Position numbers and translations under genes: made by a program
In this document: piece after piece, positions 48,001-52,029 of the stretch
Numbering within the stretch: the stretch's first letter is position 1
Layout: every line of letters begins with the position of its first letter
DNA from: Cladosporium halotolerans
Taxonomy: Eukaryota
Assembly (NCBI RefSeq): GCF_011745625.1
Contig: NW_027191514.1
Coordinates: forward strand, 1-52,029
Reading direction: 5' to 3'
Length of the DNA stretch: 52,029 nucleotides
Notes under the pieces: generated by a model
Databases searched by the model: none
What the model was told of the DNA's origin: nothing
What the model saw: the letters and a program-made list of their open reading frames with translations, nothing else

Positions 48001-51000
48001 AGTGCTTCTCAGCATCGTTCAGGATCATTTGCGGTTCTCGAGTGGTCTCCATTTGGGAAGACGCCCTCAAGGAAGCGTTCCTAGGCCAGACGCTTGGCTT
48101 TCCGGATGTGGCGGTGGTAATTGTTTCTCAGTTGACGGTACTCGTCAACACTGATTCGATCATCGTTGTAGGCACGTCTTGCACCTCCAAACAGCCGTCT
48201 CTCCTGTTTGATCTCGTCTGTCCACCACCGCTTCGAGCGTGCGTACGGCGGCCTCCCGGGTGCATGTCGGTCCAGCACTGCCTTGAGACTTTCTTGCATC
48301 CAACACGCTTCTGCCTCGAGTTCTGCAGGTGTCGCCACCCAGACACTGACCAGCGCCCTTGCTTCACTCAGCTCGTGCCAGTGGTTGCCTGCCTTCTTCA
48401 ACGCCTCTTCATCTGCGCACAGACGGTCGATGTTCCAGTTCGGCGGAGCGCCCCTTTGCCCGTCCGTAGCGGTCGCATTGAGCGGCGTCCACTCGAAGAC
48501 GATCACTTCGTGGTCGGACGTTGTGGCCAGGTCCTCGTCTATTTCCCAAGATGTGAGCGCACCCACCTCTCGCGTGCTCAGGGTCAAGTCGATGACCGAT
48601 TTGCATGCCTTCCCCCGTCTGGTGGGTTGCTGGTCGCTGTTGTTGACAATGAGGTCGTGCCTTTCGATCAACCGTTCCGTCGTCCCTGCATTCTGCCTTC
48701 CTGCAACCCATCGGTCCCACTCAGGACTTCGCGCGTTAAAGTCACCTGCAAGTATGGTTCTGCCTTCGATGAGCGACGACCATTCGATATGGTCGATCGT
48801 GTGTCCCCCGCATTCGACTTTGGCTTTGTTATATACGTTGATCAGTCTCGTTCGGCGCGTCTTTCTGCGGTTCGTTGTCTCCCAGATGTCAAGACACTGC
48901 ACGTGGGGGCTGTTCACTAGGTCTGTCCTCTCTTCGAACACGTATCGATCCAGCGCGTCGTTGCGGATTGCCATCGCCACTCTCACGTCTCTCTTCGCAC
49001 ATTCCGGGTACCTAAGTTGGAACCCAGGGTGGCTGATCGCGTGCCTCTTCCCCACGTGCGGCTCTTGCAAGCACGCCACTTCGGCCCCTCGCTCAATGGC
49101 AGCCTCGAGTGCTGCCGTCGTCGAAACCACTGTGCCGTTGCAATTATGTTGAAGCACTATCATCATCGATGGACATGTAGGTCTCGTCGTCGGGGCTAGG
49201 GAATTTCTGCGTTGCTCCCAGGGATGACTTTGTCATCGACCGGAGTTCTCTCGTTGAACGGGGCAATCTTTGACCTCGGGGCAGAGGCTGATGTATGCTG
49301 GTATCCGAAGATATCGTTCTCATTTGTACCGAGTCGGCTTGGCCTTGGTCAATCGGTGTTGTTTCCACCTCCATTTCTGCTTCGTCTTCCTGTGCTGTGA
49401 GCTCGTCCCGTTCTTGCTCCGGCTCCATCATCGGAGGGCTGCTATGTATCTCAGTTGCCTCTGGCGCACGAGTCCGCCGGTGCGACCTCTTTTCTGGGCA
49501 TTTTCGCGACGTCGCCATGTGAGAGCCGCCGCAGTTTGCGCACTTCGCCATGTGGTGTTCGCACGGCTCTGACTTCCTGCCACAGCTTTCAACGGAGCAG
49601 TGGTGTTGACTTCCTGCGTGTTCGCCTGCACAGACAAAGCATCTGGCCTCCCCTGTGCACTTGCCGAAGTGGTCGCTGCCACAGCAGCGCATGCACATCC
49701 GACCTTCTCCCCTTTCTCAGAATCTCGCTACTTCATGTCGCCTGCCGCCAAAAGAAAGGCCCTTGGAAAGGATAACGTCCGCAGCCTGCTTGCTTTTCAC
49801 GGTCATGACCAGTGTCGACCGCTTGATGCTCCCGTTGTCGAACCGCTCTTCTAAGGAGTCTGCCTTGATCCATCGCGGCGTATGCGGCAGCTGTTCGCCC
49901 GTCATCAGCTCGATCTCTTCCCGCGCTAGTTCAAGGCCACCTTCGGTCATGTAGCGATCAAGTGCGACACCATGCACACGCAGTTTGCGCCACTTCTCTG
50001 TCTTTTCCACGAGGACGACTTCAGGGTCTAGCTTCTTGACCGCAGCCATCAAGACCGTCGCGTAGCTAAGCAGCTCGTCGGCACATGCGTTTTGACTCAC
50101 CATGCCCGTCAAATTGCCTTTTTCTGTGTATCTCATTTTGATACAATCTCACGGTCACATGGGCTCTTGCGTTTGCTAAGGCCTTGTTCACTTCGAACAT
50201 GATATCTCTGGGGTCGCAGTTGTGCGACTGCACATTTCTCGCGAAGAGGATACGCCTTTGGTCGAGCGGGTGTCTCTTCGGTTTTCTCTTACCGTTTGCG
50301 ACTGTGGTCCAGCCGCTTCCTTTGCTTGCCCCCGTGATGCTCGCCCAGCTTGGCTGTGCTGCTTGCCCTGGTGGTAATACTTGGCTGCCTATACCTTGCG
50401 TCGCATGTTCTGGCCGAGCGTCAGTCCTGGCAGATGGCACCGTCCTCTCGTTGTTCTGCTTCGGCCCATTCTCGAGCATCTCCATAATCCTTTGAAGCGC
50501 GTCTTCTACCCGCCGATCCGCCTCGGCTTGCATGTTAGCCATCGCAGTGTTCACGAGCTGAGTAACCTGCATCTGTATCTTGCTCATCTCCAACCTTATC
50601 TCGCCTCGAAGGTATTGCATTTCTCCCAGTGAGCCGGCAGCAAGCGTCGGCTCTGCGAACCCACGCAGGCGGCCGTTCGCCACAAACTTTTCGAATGCTT
50701 GTGTAAGCACATCATCACTGATGCTGAGAGCTGATCCTCCGTCTGCTTTTCGCTTCTTTGGACTTGCGGATGCCGTGGTGCGAGCTTGCTGGTCGTCCCA
50801 ACTCTGTGTTCCGCCAGGTCGGAGGCCCAAATCGCAAAATTCAAGGTCGGCGAGGCTCGTGATTCGCTCGGAGGCTTCCCCGCATGCTTCAGACCCTGAA
50901 ACGTCACTTGGAGGCGCCCCTCCGCCGCCTTCACTGGGGAATAGCATTCCCGCCAGCGAGGCGCTGGATATCACGCTGGTGTGCTTGCACTGTGCTTATT

Positions 51001-51070
51001 CTGAGCTTTCGATTAATGTAAAATATGACCCTGTCTGTAACCAAGTCGAAAAGAAGTGGTCTGCCCACGG
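45066..51070 (-). mobile_element. Near full-length Tad-like LINE (gag, then endonuclease, RT, RNase H-like and Cys/His motif), disabled
   Basis: ORF1 about 50974-49144 with Cys/His knuckles. ORF2 from 49166 has QHNCN, LQEP, AGDFN, SDH, GLPQGSPVSP and FVDD. A 20-nt poly(A) lies at 45066-45085. Stops at 49717 and 48081 plus several frameshifts. No TSD seen. Confidence 0.93.
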
Positions 51071-51079
51071 GTGCCTTTC

Positions 51080-51790
51080 GAAAGCTTTCGTGACCGCGCT
51101 CTCGGGTGTCACCAGCACTACCCGTGCATGCCTCGCTGCCTGCTCCGGCCATCTGCCTGCGTTGAGTCCGACCTCCTGGCATCGTCTTTCCGGATCGCTC
51201 CGCAGTGATGCGGGACCACCACGACCGTCGTTCCGCCTATTGAGCAGAACCCGGACAGTACGAACATCAAGCTCTTGCCTCCTCCGATCCTCATGGCCAT
51301 CACCACCCTGGGCTCGCCTGACATGATTGCTTCCAACCCTTCGCGCTGTAGCCCTCTGAATACTGCACTCGGTTCTAGCATCTCCCGCAGAGCAACGCCG
51401 AGATCCACCCTCCTCGACTTCGCCCACCTATTCTCTTCACCTCTCCTCGACAGCTCCTCGAGCTCGACAGCCTCCTTCGCTTCCCCGGTCGCTGCTGACG
51501 GCCACCTTTCTCAATTTGTGCCACGAAGTGCTGACGTCTCGAAAAGCCGCCTGTTCCGACTGCGTGCTGATCGGGTTCTCTTTGATCAGAATCCCGTGTA
51601 TCAGCTCCTCCATCCTTTTGCTGCGTCCAGATTGCGTTTGTGCATCCTTCGCTATGACGCCTAGATAGATCTTGTCGAGTTGTTTCGCCACTCTTTCTTC
51701 TGGACAGTGAACCCTCTGAATCGCCGGGTAAAGCTGCCGCCATGACGATGGGGTGACCACGAATCCAGCCTTGGCCTTCATCAACTCTCT
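51080..51790 (-). pseudogene. Telomere-linked-type RecQ helicase relic
   Basis: FRGLQREGLEAIMSG..RVVMAMRIGGGKSLMF...GGTTVVVVP and ARVVLVTPESAV correspond to RecQ motifs 0, I, Ia and Ib. Frameshifted and cut before the DExH motif. Confidence 0.8.
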
Positions 51791-52029
51791 CTCGTCATCA
51801 ATCTTTTTAGCCTTTCTGTGTTCCAGAATCCACCTGTGTTAAGAGACTTGGGTGCTGCTTCCTGCCTCCCTATCCTTACGCGTCTCCTCATCCTATCTGT
51901 TCCCTCTCGCCACCCATCCTCCAAATCTCTGTTTGACCCACCACTATTGTCTTCGTGGCCTACTTCTTCTCCTTCCCCCTCTTGTGTATCATCTCCGTCG
52001 TCATCATCGTCTTCCCTGCCACCCCCGTC

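Noticed and set aside
47805..48920. Long plus-strand ORFs (47805-48920, 48208-49152, 50580-51326)
   Set aside because: Antisense shadows of the LINE and RecQ coding strands.
1..52029. Starship element or secondary-metabolite cluster
   Set aside because: No tyrosine recombinase captain, PKS, NRPS or terpene synthase visible in the window.

Overview
Eukaryotic DNA, most likely a filamentous ascomycete (short GT-AG introns with CTRAC branch sites, Zn2Cys6 and bZIP factors, Tad-like LINEs, Restless-like hATs, pogo/Fot1 remnants). The window is a transposon-rich accessory or possibly subtelomeric patchwork. Apparently intact genes: a two-exon stand-alone RNase III-domain protein with degenerate catalytic residues (5216-5735), a hAT transposase (9549-11645), a short-chain dehydrogenase, a three-exon RRM+YTH protein (18004-19876), a four-exon GFA/CENP-V gene essentially absent from the ORF track (23807-24401) and a bZIP ORF. 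Between them lie many fragments: an ADH exon, three Zn2Cys6-type TF relics, ankyrin repeats, a telomere-linked-type RecQ relic, three more hAT relics, four pogo relics, several LINE pieces and one near full-length but disabled LINE. I cannot support a complete novel multi-gene system. The best leads are the pseudo-RNase III, a duplicated unannotated peptide-like module, and a roughly 90-bp retroposed-looking tail present twice. All family calls come from motifs recognised by eye; no database search was run.
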